This document shows positions 47,204 through 61,589 of a stretch of 64,000 bases of DNA, piece by piece (within the stretch, counting starts at the first letter, position 1; each line of letters opens with the position of its first letter). The position numbers and the translations under genes were made by a program. This DNA is from Leucoraja ocellata. Lineage: Eukaryota. The notes under the pieces are model-generated. The model saw only the letters and a list, made by a program, of their open reading frames with translations. It was not told where the DNA came from and did no database searches. Where the stretch lies: NCBI GenBank assembly GCA_036785375.1, contig JAWMAR010000836.1:186001-250000 (forward strand), read 5' to 3'.

Positions 47204-49729
47204 ATTTACTGAATAGTGAACGGCCTGGATAGAGAGGATGTTTCCACTAATGGGAGAGTCAAGGACCAGAGGCCACAGCCTCAATAAAAGGACGGACCTT
47301 TAGGGGAACGAGAAGAGGAGGAATTTCTTTACTCAGAGGGTGGTGAATCAGATGGCTGTGGGGGCCAAATCAATGGATATTTTTAAGGTGGAGATTGACA
47401 GGTTCTTGATTAATTTGGGTGTTTGGGGTTATGGGGAGTAGGCAGGAAAATGGGATCGAGAGGGAAAGATAGATCAGCCGTGATTGAATGGCAGAGTGGA
47501 CTTGATGGGCCGAATGGCCTAATTGTGTTCCTATGACTTATAATTGGTGAACTTCTCCAGCATCAGCACTATTTGCTTTGGCTGAGGAACGGAAGGTACA
47601 CGTGCAGATGGTACACAACGGCACTGGGCATCAAATCAACGCACACAATCAAAAGGCAATTGGACAGTTTGATAATGGTGCACTTGCGCACCAGCTGGTG
47701 AGAAGTAGATTTCATCTCCTGTGTTGCATAACATTGTAGCAATCGGGTGCTGCCAGCGTTGGTGTCGGCTTGTAATTGTCACGTGTATCGAGATGCAGGG
47801 AAAAGCCTTTGCGTGAAACAGCTGGATGATATCTAGTCTCATCATATTACAGTAAACCCTTATTATAATATATCCACAGTGGGGGGGGGGGGGGGGGGGA
47901 GAATGGTGTCCGTTATTGCCCATTGTCCGCTATAATCAACTAATAATCTATGGCATTTCATGTCTACAGACCCAACAATAACATTTAGGATGAGCAACAC
48001 CTGCACTGACAGAGGCGTCTTTTTTCAGCTGAAACTTTAAATCAAAGCCGTACCTGCCATGTGCTACAAAGCTCCAACGTCTCAACACAGCAATACAGGC
48101 AGTGAGGCGAGCACGGTCTAGGGAGCTGCCAGGGGTGGTGTCGGCAGCCCGGCTTGGCGGTGAAGATCGGAACGTCCGTCCGTTATATACTTGATTAATA
48201 CAGGTGTCAGAGGTTATGGGGAGATGGGTTAGAGAGAGAGAGAGAGAGTTAGATCTAGCTCTTGGGGCTAAAGGAATCCAAGGATATGGTGGGAAAGCAG
48301 GAATGGTATACAGATTTTAGATGATCAGCCAATCAGCGATGAAGGGCCGAATGGCCTACTCCTGCACCTATTTTCTATGTTTCTATGACTGTTCAGTAAT
48401 TTGATAATAGCGGGTAGATGCGGTTTTCTGAGTCTGGTCCTTCATGCTTTTAAGCTTTAGTACCTTCTACCCAATGGGAGAGGAGAAAAGAGGGGATGAA
48501 TGGGGTGAAAAATATCCTTGAATATGTTGGCTGCCTTCTCAAGGCAGCGTGAAGTGCAGACGGACTTGATGGTGGGGGTTGGGGCGAATGCAACACAACA
48601 CGTTCCCTCCAGAGGGGAAGGCAAGGTGTGGAAATCCAGTGTTTGGACTTAAAACAATGCATTGCTGTGTGTGCAGTGGAAAGGCCACCCTGAGGGCAAG
48701 TGTTCAATTATGTTTTACTAAAATCAAACGCTGCTTTATTCATCCCTGTTTATTTACATATCATAACCGCACGAGCTTACCCTACCCAACTAAAACTATC
48801 CAGGAAACACTTCGAGAAACTGCCAGACCCGCTCAGTTTGGACTTGCCTTTGTGGAGATAGTGATCACTGTATTCACCAAAGATCCAACATTTCCAGGCT
48901 GCAGTGACACGAACCTGCCTGAAAATCAGAACAAAGCAGATGCCAAAAACCTGAATCAAAGCGAGAAACAACAGGTCATTCTGCACGGAAACAGGCCCTT
49001 CAGCCCAACTTGCTTATGCCGACCAAGAAGTCCCATCTACACTAGTCCCAATGTAGAAACAAGGAATGCAGATGCTGATTTACAAAACAAGACAGAAATT
49101 GCTGGAGCAACTCAACGGGTCAGGCAGAATCCCCGGGGAACACGGCTAGGTGACATCTTGGGTCAGGACCCTTCTTCAGACTGACCCGAAACGTCACGTA
49201 TCTATGCTGTGTTGAGATGCTGCCTGACTTGACGAGTCACTCCAGCAATTTGTGGCTTCTACACTCATCCCAAGATAAACAGATAATGTTTAGGTCCAAG
49301 ACTCTGTCCTTGAACAGTGGGAGCCGCCATGCTTCTCCAGCATGTGCTGTATTTAGGAAGGAAGTTTGCACTTTATTGGTTCCAACACATCTGGTCCAAT
49401 TCACATCTGCATCTGAGAGGCAGCACGGTGAGTGAGACACCAACACTGGCTGCCAGCATGGTACAATGTAATTAGAGTCAAACAGCACGCAAACACACTC
49501 TCCAGCCTATTCCATCCACGCTAAACAAGGTGCCCCATCCAAGCGAGTCCCATTAGACCTTGCTTGGCCCAATCCCTCTAAACCTGTCCTATCCATGTAC
49601 GTGTCCAAATGTCCTTTACATAATGTTATAGTACCTGCCTCAACTACCTCCTCCAACAGTTTGTTCCATATACCTACATGTGTGTGAAAACGTTGCCCCA
49701 TTGGGTTCCTATTAAATGTTGTCCCTTAA

Positions 49730-50136
49730 AGGGCCTGTCCCACGAGCATGCGACCTGCATACGGCAAGCGCGACCAAACTGGAGCGGGGGCCGCACGGAG
49801 GTCGAGTGAGTGACGTGAAGTTTGAGCGAAGTCCGCGGGAAGTTCGCGCGTGACGTACGGCGTCAAGATGCTGCGTATGGCCTCAAGACGCTGCGCACGC
49901 CCGTGGAGGCGGTGCGTATGGCGTCGAGGCGGCTGCGGGCCAGCAGGCCATTGCCGCTCGGAATTTTTGAACACGGTCAGTTTTTCGGAGCCCTGCACGA
50001 TGTCGGGACCAGCTTCGCACAACTCCATACGGCTCTGGCGATCGAAGTGGGACCGGCCCAAAGAGGCCATACGGTTCAAGCGACCACGTTAGGTCGCGCT
50101 TGCCGCATGGAGTCGCATGCTGGTGGGACAGGCCCT
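49730..50136. mobile_element. PIF/Harbinger-like MITE
   Basis: AGGGCCTGTCCCAC...GTGGGACAGGCCCT, flanked by TAA/TTA. Confidence 0.75.
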
Positions 50137-50340
50137 TTACTCTGTGTAAAAGGAAAACTGTGCGTTCACCCTCTCTATTGCCCTCGTGATTTTAGATCAC
50201 CCTTGTGTGATCATACCTTAGCCTCCTGCGCTCTAAGGGATAAAGTCCTAGCCTGCCCAACCTCTCCCCATAGCTCAGACCCTTGAGTCTTGTTAACATC
50301 CTCATGAATCTTCTCTGCACTCTTCCCAGTTGAATGATAT

Positions 50341-52802
50341 GTAGTAAGCACAAGGTAGTGATTGTGGGAGATTTCAATTTTCCACACATAGACTGGGAAA
50401 CACATTCTGTAAATGGGCTGGATGGGTTGGAGTTTATAAAATGTGTGCAGGATAGTTTTTTGCAGCAATACATAGAAGTACCTACTAGAGAAGGGGCAGT
50501 GCTGGACCTCCTGTTAGGAAATGAGACGGGTCAGGTGGCAGAGGTATGCGTTGGGGAACAGTTCGAGACCAATGATCACAATACCATTAGTTTCAATATA
50601 ATTATGGAGAGAGTCAGAACTGGACCTAGGGTTGAGATTTTTGATTTTGGAAAGGCTAACTTTGAGGAGATGCGACAGGATTTAAAAGTAGTAAATTGGG
50701 ACAGTTTGTTTTATGGGAAAGATGTGGAAGAGAAATGGAAGACATTTAAAGGTGAAATTTTAAGAGTACAGAATCGTTATGTCCCTGTTCGGTTGAAAGG
50801 AAATAGTAAAATTTGGAAAGAGCCCTGGTTTTCAAGGGAAATTGGACACTTGGTTCGGGAAAAAGAGAGAGATCTACAATAATTATAGGCAGCATGGAGT
50901 AAATGAGGTGCTTGAGGAGTATAAAGAATGTAAAAAGAATCTTAAGAGAGAAATTAGAAAAGCTAAAAGAAGATATGAGGTTGCTTTGGCAAGTAAGGTG
51001 AAAGTAAATCCAAAGGGTTTCTACAGCTATATTAATAGCAAAAGGATAACGAGGGATAAAATTGGTCCATTAGAGAGTCAGAGTGGACAGCTATCTGCAG
51101 AGCCAAAAGAGATGGGGGAGATTGAACAATTTCTTTTCTTCGGTATTCACCAAGGAGAAGGATATTGAATTATGTGAGGTAAGGGAAACAAGTAGAGTAG
51201 CTATGGAAACTATGAGATTCAAGAAGAGGAAGTACTGACAGGTCCGGACAGGATATTCCCTAGGACATTGAGGGAAGTTAGTGTAGAAATAACAGGGGCT
51301 ATGACAGAAATATTTCAAATGTCATTAGAAACGGGAATAGTGCCGGAGGATTGGCGTACTGCGCATGTTGTTCTATTGTTTAAAAAGGGGTCTAAGAGTA
51401 AACCTAGCAATTATAGACCTGTTAGTTTGACGTCAGTGGTGGGCAAATTAATGGAAAGGATACTTAGAGATAATATATATAAGCATCTGGATAAACAGGG
51501 TCTGATTAGGAACAGTCAACATGGATTTGTGCCTGGAAGGTCATGTTTGACTAATCTTCTTGAATTTTTTGAAGAGGTTACCCGGGAAATTGATGAGGGT
51601 AAAGCAGTGGATGTTGTATATATGGACTTCAGTAAGGCCTTTGACAAGGTTCCTCATGGAAGGTTGGTTAAGAAGGTTCAATTGTTGGGTATTAATGGTG
51701 GAGTAGCAAGATGGATTCAACAGTGGCTGAATTGAGATGCCAGAGTGTAATGGTAGATGGTTGTTTGTCAGGTTGGAGGCCAGTGACTAGTGGGGTGCCA
51801 CAGGGATCTGTGTTGGGTCCACTGTTGTTTGTCATGTAGATCAATGATCTGGATGATGGTGTGGTAAATTGGATTAGTAAATATGCAGATGATACTAAGA
51901 TAGGTGGGGTTGTGGATAATGAAGTCGATTTTCAAAGTCTACAGAGAGATTTATGCCAGTTGGAAGAGTGGGCTGAAAGATGGCAGATGGAGTTTAATGC
52001 TGATAAGTGTGAGATGCTACATCTTGGCAGGACAAATCAAAATAGGACGTACATGGTAAATGGTAGGGAATTGAAGAATGCAGGTGAACAGAGGGATCTG
52101 GGAATAACTGTGCACAGTTCCCTGAAAGTGGAATCTCATGTAGATAGGGTGGTAAAGAAAGCTTTTGGTGTGCTGGCCTTTATAAATCAGAGCATTGAGT
52201 ATAGAAGTTGGGATGTAATGTTAAAATTGTACAAGGCATTGGTGAGGCCAATTCTGTAGTATGGTGTACAATTTTGGTCGCCTAATTATAGGAAGGATGT
52301 CAACAAAATAGAGAGAGTACAGAGGAGATTTACTAGAATGTTACCTGGGTTTCAGCAACTAAGTTACAGAGAAAGATTGAACAAGTTAGGGCTTTATTCT
52401 TTGGAGCACAGAAGGTTAAGGGGGGACTTGATAGAGGTCTTTAAAATGATGAGAGGGATAGACAGAGTTGACGTGGATAAGCTTTTCTCACTGAGAGTAG
52501 GGAAGATTCAAACAAGGGGACATGACTTGAGAATTAAGGGACAGAAGTTTAGGGGTAACATGAGGGGGAACTTCTTTACTCAGAGAGTGGTAGCTGTGTG
52601 GAATGAGCTTCCAGTGAAGGTGGTGGAAGCAGGTTCGTTTTTATCATTTAAAAATAAATTGGATAGTTCTATGGACGGGAAAGGAATGGAGGGTTATGGT
52701 CTGAACGCAGGTGTATGGGACTAGGGGAGAATACGTGTTCAGCACGGACTAGAAGGGTCGAGATGGCCTGTTTCCGTGCTGTAATTGTTATATGGTTATA
52801 TG
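50341..52802 (+). mobile_element. CR1 LINE ORF2 (endonuclease C-terminus and RT), disrupted
   Basis: VIVGDFNFPHIDW, NYRPVSLTSVVGK, DFSKAFDKV, YADD motifs with stops, frameshifts and an internal deletion; TSD GATAT; nested in an older minus-strand CR1. Confidence 0.95.
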
Positions 52803-53963
52803 GATATCCTTCCTTTAGCGGGGTGAACCACGAGAGGTCTCCGACTTCTATTCAAACAGCAGGTGGATTTGTGCAGTGCAGAGGTATGACCGGTGTAGTG
52901 AATGCTTAGTCATTTTTAATCCAGTCACCTAGTTTATTCGACAATGTATGGTTTGTGATAGATTGCTGGAATATTGCACGCATCATTTACCCAAATGATA
53001 AACTAAATATCTAAAGATGCAGAAATATTGAGAATCAATAGTTCATGATTTAAAGATCCATAAACACTGAGAACTGACAGCACTGCTACTGATTTCTCAG
53101 TCATTTTTAATCATGCGCCACCTCGGAAAATGCAAAGTTAGGCAATGGACCACTGACGAGGGCCACTAGTGGTGCCATGAACTTGTCCTGGGAGATTCTC
53201 CCAAAGATCCTATGAGGCAGGTGTCCCATGTAGACTCTCAGGCAGGCGCCATGCCAATGCAATCTAGTCGCACGCCCTACACCACATCGTTCCTGTTGAC
53301 TGGTGGGGTGAAACTTCAAACCATGCAGGTCTCTCCTGGAGGAACATTCAAAATGGCCTGACATTGAGAGCAAGACACTACATCTTACAGCTACACACTC
53401 TATTGCTCTCAGAACCTAACACTCAAGGCTAAACCATGAGAACAAAGCAATGTATTTGATTGATGTTGAAAGTGTGTAGGGGAGATTTTCTGGTTTGATG
53501 AAGGGCCTCGACCCAAAACGTCACCTAGTCATGTTTTCCAGAGACCTGCAGTTACTCCAGCATTTTGTGTCTTTTTTTTGTAAACCAGCAACCGCAGTTC
53601 CTTGTGTCTTCACTAGGATGTTTCGTAGGATGAGGTAAAGGGAGTGGGTTGGGACTTTCGTCCTTGAAGCGCAGGAGTCTGAGGGGTGAACTTATTGAGC
53701 TGTACAAGATCACAATGGGCCTGGATAAAGTGAACACTTAGTCTTTTTCCGGAGGAGGTGAAATCTAAAAATAGAAGCACATAGTGAGTGGGGGAGAGAT
53801 TTATGAGGAACCTCAGCAGCAACCTTCACAGCTGGAGGGCGGTATGCCACTCCACCCGCCTGAAGGGAGGTCCTGACCCAAACGCATTGTCTGTCCATTC
53901 CCTCCACGAATGCTGCCCGACCTGCTGAGCTCTTGTAATGTTTAGTTTTTGCTCACGGACTTA

Positions 53964-54169
53964 TGCCCCTGTCCCACTTAGGAAACCTGAAGGGAAACTT
54001 CTGGAGACTTTGCGCCCCACCCAAGGTTTCCGTGCTGTTCCCGGAGGTTTTTGTCAGTCTCCCTACCTGCTTCCATTACCTGCAACCTCCGGGAACTGCA
54101 CGGAAACCTTGGGTGGGGCGCAAAGTCTCCAGAGGTTTCCGTTCAGGTTTCCCAAGTGGGACAGGGGCA
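53964..54169. mobile_element. PIF/Harbinger-like MITE (hairpin)
   Basis: TTA|TGCCCCTGTCCCACTT...AAGTGGGACAGGGGCA|TTA; ~85-bp inverted arms. Confidence 0.85.
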
Positions 54170-57004
54170 TTAAGCTCTGATCTCTTGGTTTCTCTGGTTT
54201 GGTGGGAGCCACGTGTTTGCCTGCCAGATATCTTCCTTTTCTTGTAAATGGCAGTTTAGCTACAGTTAACCCGACTGTCACCCACTTCAGTCCATTTCCC
54301 ACAGATTTGCTCTCTCCCCCCCCCCCCACCCCTCCCGCCCCCCCTCATCCAGAGAAAGATCAGGTGCCCTTAACCTCCTCTGCAACCCCACCACCCTCTA
54401 CATCCAGTGTAGTCCCTCAGGCAGCTGTCAACAAGTGCCATGCCAGTGCAACCTTGCAGCATGTCCATTGACCACAAGGTTCCTGTTGACGTGTCAGGCA
54501 AACCCTCAAACGATGTTGAACATTCATTCCAGGAAATGCCCTGCCGTCTAGACCAAGAGACCTGCTGCTGAACATGTAACAAGTCTTAGGACGTCACATA
54601 ACATCCTACTGAGAATACAACCAGTACATGTATCTGTATGAATCATCTCAATCAATCATTTAACATTGAATTCCAAATTACTTACAAAGGAACCAGTATA
54701 CTTGCAGAAAGGTTTCCAAATTTAACCAGTACTAATATAGCATGTGATCAGTGCTGGCAATATTCTGTTTGAGAAGGAACTGCAGATGCTGGAAAATTGA
54801 AGGTAGACAAAAGTGCTGGAGAGACTCAACGGGTGCAGCAGCATCTATGGAGCAAAGGAAATAGGCAACGTTTCGGGCCGAAACCAAAGGGTTTCGGCCA
54901 GAAACGTTGCCTATTTCCTTGGGATTCAGCCCAAAATGTTGCCTATTTCCTTTGCTCCATAGATGCTGCTGCACCCGTTGAGTTTCTCCAGCACTTTTGT
55001 CTACCTGCCAATATTCTTCCAATATTCTTCCTTTAACTTAGGAACACAAGATGTTTTGGGCATTTTAGACTCATTGCATTACTCCATCAATTGTGGGATT
55101 GACACAAACATTCCTCTAACGGCTTGGATAAGAGTGGATGTGGAGAGGATGTTTCCACTAGTGACCAGTGGTCATAGCCTCAGAATTAAAGGACGTTCCT
55201 TTCGGAGAATGAGGAGAAATGTATTTAGTCAAAGGGTGGCATATCTGTGGAATTCTTTGCCGCAGAAAGCTGTGGAGGCCAAGTCAGTGGATATTTTTTA
55301 AAGCAGAGATAGATAGATTCTTGATTAGTACGGGTGTCAGAAGTTATGGGGAGAAGGCAGGAGAATGGGGTTAGGAGGGAGAGATAGATCAGCCATGATT
55401 GAATGACTTGAAGGGCTGAATGGCCTAATTCTACTCCTATTCCTTATGAAATAGGACTTGTTTAAACGCAAGTCTTGAAAGGAAAACATTCAGGCAAATT
55501 TAGAGTCACTGAGCCATGCAGCACAGAAATAGCTGACGAAGAGTCCCGACCTGAAACACTGTCTATCCACTCCCTTCACAAACGCTGCCCCACCTGCTGA
55601 GGTCTATTCAAGTAGCTCCACGTCTTCAGTCCAGCAGAGAAAAGATCCAGAGCTTTTATTCCTGATTGGTGAACAGTGACCTCAACTGGAATAATTAGTG
55701 ACTGCAGCTCAAGAGAAAAGGTTGAGAGCCTCAGTGATCAGAGACAAGGAATTGCAGATGCTGGAGTCCTGAGCAAAACACAAAGTGATGGAAGAACAAC
55801 GGGGCAAGCAGCATCTGTGGAGGGAATGGATAGGCGACGTTTCAGTTTGGGAACCCTTAAGGTTTGAAGAAGGGTCCCAACCCAAAACGTCACCTATCCA
55901 TGACCTTTGCGCCTTTTTTTGTAAACCGGCATCTGTAGTTTCCCGGATTCATCATTCACCTGCCAGGGGTAAATATCAAAGCACACCAAACAATTTAATT
56001 GAAAATCTTGCACAGGGATTCACCTTCATTAAAATTTAATTCACAATATCATTGATAATTCTAAGAGGAAAGTGTCAACATTTGTACATACCAGCCACTC
56101 ACTGACTGATGATGTATAGAGCACATTAAGATTATATGACAATATTGACCCACTGTTAATACCCATCATTTTGCAAGCTCTGCACATATTTAATTTCCAA
56201 TCCATGCATTCCTTCCTCGTTGAAGAGCTTGGAGGCATTTTCTTAAATAAGACATCCACTGAATTGGACATCTGTTTTAATTCACTAATCTTCACTCCAG
56301 CCTCTCTGACAGACCTGATTGTCAGAGACAGAGATCTCCCACCATGAATAGACTTTATCAATCAATGTCAAACTCAAGCTGAAATGGTAACGTCTTGATT
56401 TAGCGAACTCTGCACAGGCAGCACCCGTGGTCAGGATCGAACCTATGTCACTGGCGCTGTGAGGCAGCAGCTCTACCGCTGCGCCACTCTGCCGCCCCAT
56501 GAGAAAGCAATTTGTGGAGCAATACCGAGGTCAACGTGACCATTTTATGGGGATTCTTTTTATCTAAGCCATGCTGTAAAAATCAGAGTTTTAATCTAAT
56601 TTTATTATATTATTATATTGAGGGATTAAAAGGTCAAATCCCAAAGCTTGCTTTGACATGGATGCTGTTAGCACCTGCCCATTCACAATCCAGCCTCACC
56701 TCTACAGTGCCAGTTTTAATATTCATTCATTAGACAATGCAAAAAACAGCAGCCGCAGAGGGAAATTCTCCCGTTCCCCGACTGAATGAAGTTGAGGGCT
56801 CAGGTGGACCTCCGATCAAAGAATAACAAACATTTTTGCAGAAAATGGATTGCAAGGTTGAACCATGCCAACATCTGCATAAAAACACAATATCTTCCAT
56901 ACATACTTAGCTTTGTGTTTATTAATGTCACACATATTGAGGTATAGGGTCAAAGGGCATGATGCACGGGGCAGCTCAATCCGTCTGGAGGATTTTGCAG
57001 CCTC

Positions 57005-57188
57005 CGGCATACACTGTTAACACACGGAACGCGTACTTTCTTACCTGTTAAAAACCACCAAAATGGTAAATTCTTGCGCTGTAAATAATTGTGGAGGGCG
57101 ACTGAGCGCTTTGAACCAAATCTTTGCTCTGAACCCGAGCACCAAGGTGTAAACGGCCAAAGGAGCGCATCCCTCGGGACAGCCCCCA
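57005..57188. repeat. Second copy of the 1.1-1.9 kb foldback family
   Basis: Shared motif aaaaacc.ccaaaatggt...gcgctgtaaataattgtgga and gagcgcatccctcgggacagcccc. Confidence 0.7.
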
Positions 57189-58061
57189 CTCTTCCCCCAG
57201 GGTCAGCGCTGTCCGGCCATGGCCACCCTCCCCCCGTGCAGACGCACTGTCACGGGCTGCGGGTCGGCAGTGCGCGCACACAGGACCGGGTTGAAAACCC
57301 GGAAAGGTCCCCGTCATCTGCAGCAGAGTTGGGGACAGTCTGGTCCCTCCACCCACCCAGTCACTGGCCACACTGCATCTGCACCCGCACCCCCCCCCCC
57401 CCCCCCACTACCGACCTCCTCCCCACTCCCGGCCGCGGGGACAGACTACCCGGGGTCCGTGAGTGTGGAACCAGTCAGCGTGGAGTCCGGATGCTGGGAC
57501 CGAACACGGGCCCGCTGTACTGTAAGTGCCTGCCTGCAGTTCACCGCGTGTACTCCAGTTGGCGTCGTGACCCGACTGCCGTGCAGCCTCCATATTGCGA
57601 AGAGCTTTGTTTTGTCTGCTATCCAATCAAATCAGATACTATATCTTGGGGCGGTACACTAGCACAACGGTAGATTTGCTGCCTTGCAACGCCAGAGACC
57701 CAGATTTGACCCTGACTACGGGTGCTGTGTGTACACAGGTTGTACGTTCTACCTGTGACTGCGTGGGTTTTCTCCAGGAGCTCCAGTTTCCTCCCACATT
57801 CCAAAGTACAGGTTTGTAGGTTCATTGTCTTCTGTAAAATTATAAATTGCCCCTAGTGTGTTGGGTGAAGCTAGTGCATTCAGATCGCTGGTCAGTATAG
57901 ACTCGGTGTAGACAAGATAATCAGGTAAAACTCAATTGCAATAGAGTGAAGGTGAAGATAGAATGCAGACTATAATTCTCAGCATTGTCGTGCATCAGTT
58001 CTATAGACAAAGTCCAATGTCCACAATGGAGTAGAGGTGAATCAGACAGTATCACAGCTTG

Positions 58062-58620
58062 GCCATCATTACATCGGCAAGACCAAACGCAGACTGGGCG
58101 ATCGTTTCCCCCAACACCTTAGCTCAGCCCGCCTGAACCAACCTGATCTCCCGGTTGCTGGACACTTTAATTCTCCTTCCCATTCCTACACCTACCTTTC
58201 TATCCTTGGTCTCCTCCATTGTCAGTGAGGCTAAATGCAAATTCCAGGAACAGCATCTCATATTTCACTTGGGCAGCTTACTGCCCAGTGGTATGAATAA
58301 TGATGTATCTCACTTCATGTGCCCCGGAGTTCCCTCTCTCTCTACCCCTCCCCCACCCAAGTCACACCAGGTTCTCATTTTCACCCAACAAACAGGTTAC
58401 AATGGGCTGTTTCCTTTATCATTGTTACTTTTTGGTAAATCTTCCATTCATTGTTCTTTATCTCCACATCACCCTCTATATCTCTCGTTTCCCACTTTGA
58501 AGAAGGGTCTCAACCCGAAACGTCACCCATTCCTTCTCTCCAGAGATGCTGCCTGACCCGCTGAGTTACTCCAGTGTTTTGTGTCTATCTTCGGTTTAAA
58601 CCAGCATCTGCTGTTCCTTC
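58062..58620 (+). mobile_element. Penelope-like element 3' fragment
   Basis: HYIGKTKRRLGDRFPQHL...HFNSPSH, followed by the same 3' tail. Confidence 0.85.
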
Positions 58621-59141
58621 TTACACATTGCATTTTGCAAGCTCTTTTACATAGCAGAATGGGACAGCAAACACTAGCTTGGCTATCATTACAAGAATAG
58701 CAAGACAGACAGAACAGACGTTGTGTACAGCCGTACAGACATTTGATACCTCATTCCTACAGAAATTTTCACCAAATTGAAGCATTTCATTATGACCATA
58801 AGATATTTCTGCCAAATACTGATTAGCATTCAGGTGTATGATTACAATTTTAATCCTCAGTTAATTAGTGTAATGTGTTGAGGTTAGAGTGGCCCAGGAG
58901 GTACATACATCACTTGTATTCAGGCTTAGTTTACATTCTGCATCTTTAGTAAAGTATTGGACTACATGAAGGAAAAGGAAGGAGTGCTAAATGAACTGCG
59001 TGTGCTGCTTCTTTGTGATGGTGCAGTGTATCGGCACCTATAAAAAGTCAACTTTTTTCCCCCATACGTTCAATTTTTAACGCGTGTGGATTTTACCACA
59101 AAGTGGAGGAACTGAGTGGGTCAGGCAGCATCTATGGAGGG

Positions 59142-60022
59142 TTACACAAAAAAGCTGGAGAAACTCAGCGGGTGCAGCAGCATCTATGGAGCGAAGGAAA
59201 TAGGCAACGTTTCGGGCCGAAACCCTTCTTCAGACTGATCGGGGGCGGGGGTGGGTGGGGACAAGAAAGGGAAAAGGAGGAGGAGCCCGAAGGCTGGGGG
59301 ATGGGAGGAGACAGCAGGGGGGCTGAGGAAGGGGAGGAGACAGCAAGGACTAACAAAATTGGGAGAATTCGATGTTCATGCCCCCGGGGTGCAGACTCCC
59401 CAAACGGAATATGAGGTGCTGTTCCTCCAATTTCCGGTGCTGCTCGCTGTGGCCATGGAGGAGACCCAGGACAGAGAGGTCGGAGACGGAGTGGGAGGGG
59501 GAGTTGAAGTGCTGAGCCACAGGGAGGTCAGCTTGGTTATTGCGGACCGAGCGGAGGTGTTCGGCGAAACGATCGCCCAACCTCCGCTTGGTCTCACCGA
59601 TATAGATCTGCTGACATCTATAGCAGCGGACGCAATAGATGAGGTTGGAAGAGATGCAGGTAAACCTCTGTCGCACCTGGAACGATTGCTTGGGTCCTTG
59701 AACGGAGTCGAGGGGGGAGGTAAAGGGACAAGTGTTGCATCTCTTGCGGTTGCAAGGAAAAGTGCCCGGGGAGGGGGTGGACCGAGAGGGAAGGGAAGAA
59801 TTGACAAGGGAGTTATGGAGGGAGCGGTCTTTGCGGAAGGCAGATATGGGGGGAGATGTGGCGAGTGGTGGGGTCACGTTGGAGGTGGCGAAACTGACGG
59901 AGGATTACTTTTTGTATGTGACGGCTGGTGGGGTGAAAGGTGAGGACTAGGGGGACTCGGCCCTTGTTGCGAGTGCGGGGATGGGGAGAGAGAGCAGTGT
60001 TGCGGGGTATTCTTAAACAGAA
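59142..60022 (-). mobile_element. Penelope-like element 3' part with GIY-YIG endonuclease
   Basis: ORF 59350-59877 with CNRKRCNTC...NLIYCVRC...IYIGETKRRLGDRFAEH; 16-bp TSD CAGCATCTATGGAGGG. Confidence 0.9.
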
Positions 60023-61589
60023 CAGCATCTATGGAGGGAATGGACAGACGACGTTTCGGAACATTCTGAAGATGGGTCCCGACCCAAAACACAGTCTGTC
60101 CATTCCCTCCACAGATGCTGCCCAAGTTCAATGATTCTGTATTGTCACGTATGTATGCAGAGATTCTTTTTGCCCAACCCACAAATGCACAGTCGCCATA
60201 TTCAGCAGCATTTCCCCAATTCTTTGTGTTTTGCTCAAGGTTCCAGCATCTGCAGTCTCCAGTGTCTCCATGTGTTGATTTTTATACTTTTAGGTATTAG
60301 TTTATCAAGTTAGACGTTGATTGGTCACAAAATCAAAAAATTGTATTCAAAAGCTGCCAATAATTGTAGCTTTATTTTTAAATGATATGCATACCAGCAC
60401 CTTCTTGTCTACAAATAAAAATCACTACGAATAGAAAACCACACAGACAAATAAACAAGACGTGTTTTAGATTATTTTATGTGGTCAGTTTGTATCAATC
60501 ATTTACCACATTTGAGAAGAGTTAATGACAGTAGTCAGACGGTGACAATTACTCTTAACAGATGCTTTAAGGTTGATAGAAACTCAAAAAACACATTTTT
60601 CAATAATCTATGTTAACAAAATATTTAATTACTGCATAATGCTTTAATACATATCAGGCGCATTTAAAATGTAGATCAGTAATCCAGAAAACAGTTCAGA
60701 CCAGGAACAGGCTCTTCAGTCCACAATGCCTCTGCTGAACAGGATGCCAAGTTAGCCACATCTCCTTTGCCTGCATGTGATCCCTCCCTGCATATCCATG
60801 TGCCTATCTAAAAGCATCTTAAACACCACAATCACATCTGCCTCCAGCAGCACGTTCCAAGCCCACACCATTCTGTGTAAAAAGAAAAAATTGCCCCGCA
60901 CATCTCCTTTTAACTTTGCCTCTCTCACCTTAATGCAATGCGCTCTACTCCATCTAGCTATGTTATTATTGAACAACGTTTTAATCAATACAAGTGCTTT
61001 TGGTCAGAGTGGTTGTCAATTACACAAGATGTAAGCATTGCTGGCAGGAAGATTAGTAATTACAATGTCAGAAAGCAGCTTATTAAATAAAAATAATCTA
61101 TTTGAACAATCAATAATACTTATTCTCATTCATGTAGCCATTTCTCCAGGGCTAAGCTAATTTAGCCAGGTGACATCGTAGTTTATACCGGCTAAGGGAA
61201 ACACATTACTACACCCATTGGTTATACAATGTTTTTTCATATCTAGGGGAACAAAATGGTTTAAAATGATGGTCTAGTAATGATCATTTGGTACCAGATG
61301 CACGCTAGAAACATGCCCACAACTTGTTTTGTCATGCAGATGAAGTGTTGATTATCCATAAATTGTAGGTGTTCTCACATAATTTCGAGATGGCAAAGAT
61401 CTGGGATTCTAATGCCACACAAATCAACAGTTTTCAAATTTTAATTACAGCCAACTTGGTGTTAAGCTCAAGAGGACTCAAAGTGCTGGAGTAACTCAAC
61501 GGGTCAGGCAGCATCTCTGGAGAATATGGATAGGTGGAGTTTCAGGTCATAACTTCATATGGTCCAACTTCTCGCCTAAGGACTCCATT

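Noticed and set aside
56041-56361. 106-aa minus-strand ORF in unique sequence
   Set aside because: No recognisable domain or convincing splice sites
59251-59943. 230-aa plus-strand ORF
   Set aside because: Antisense shadow of the Penelope GIY-YIG frame
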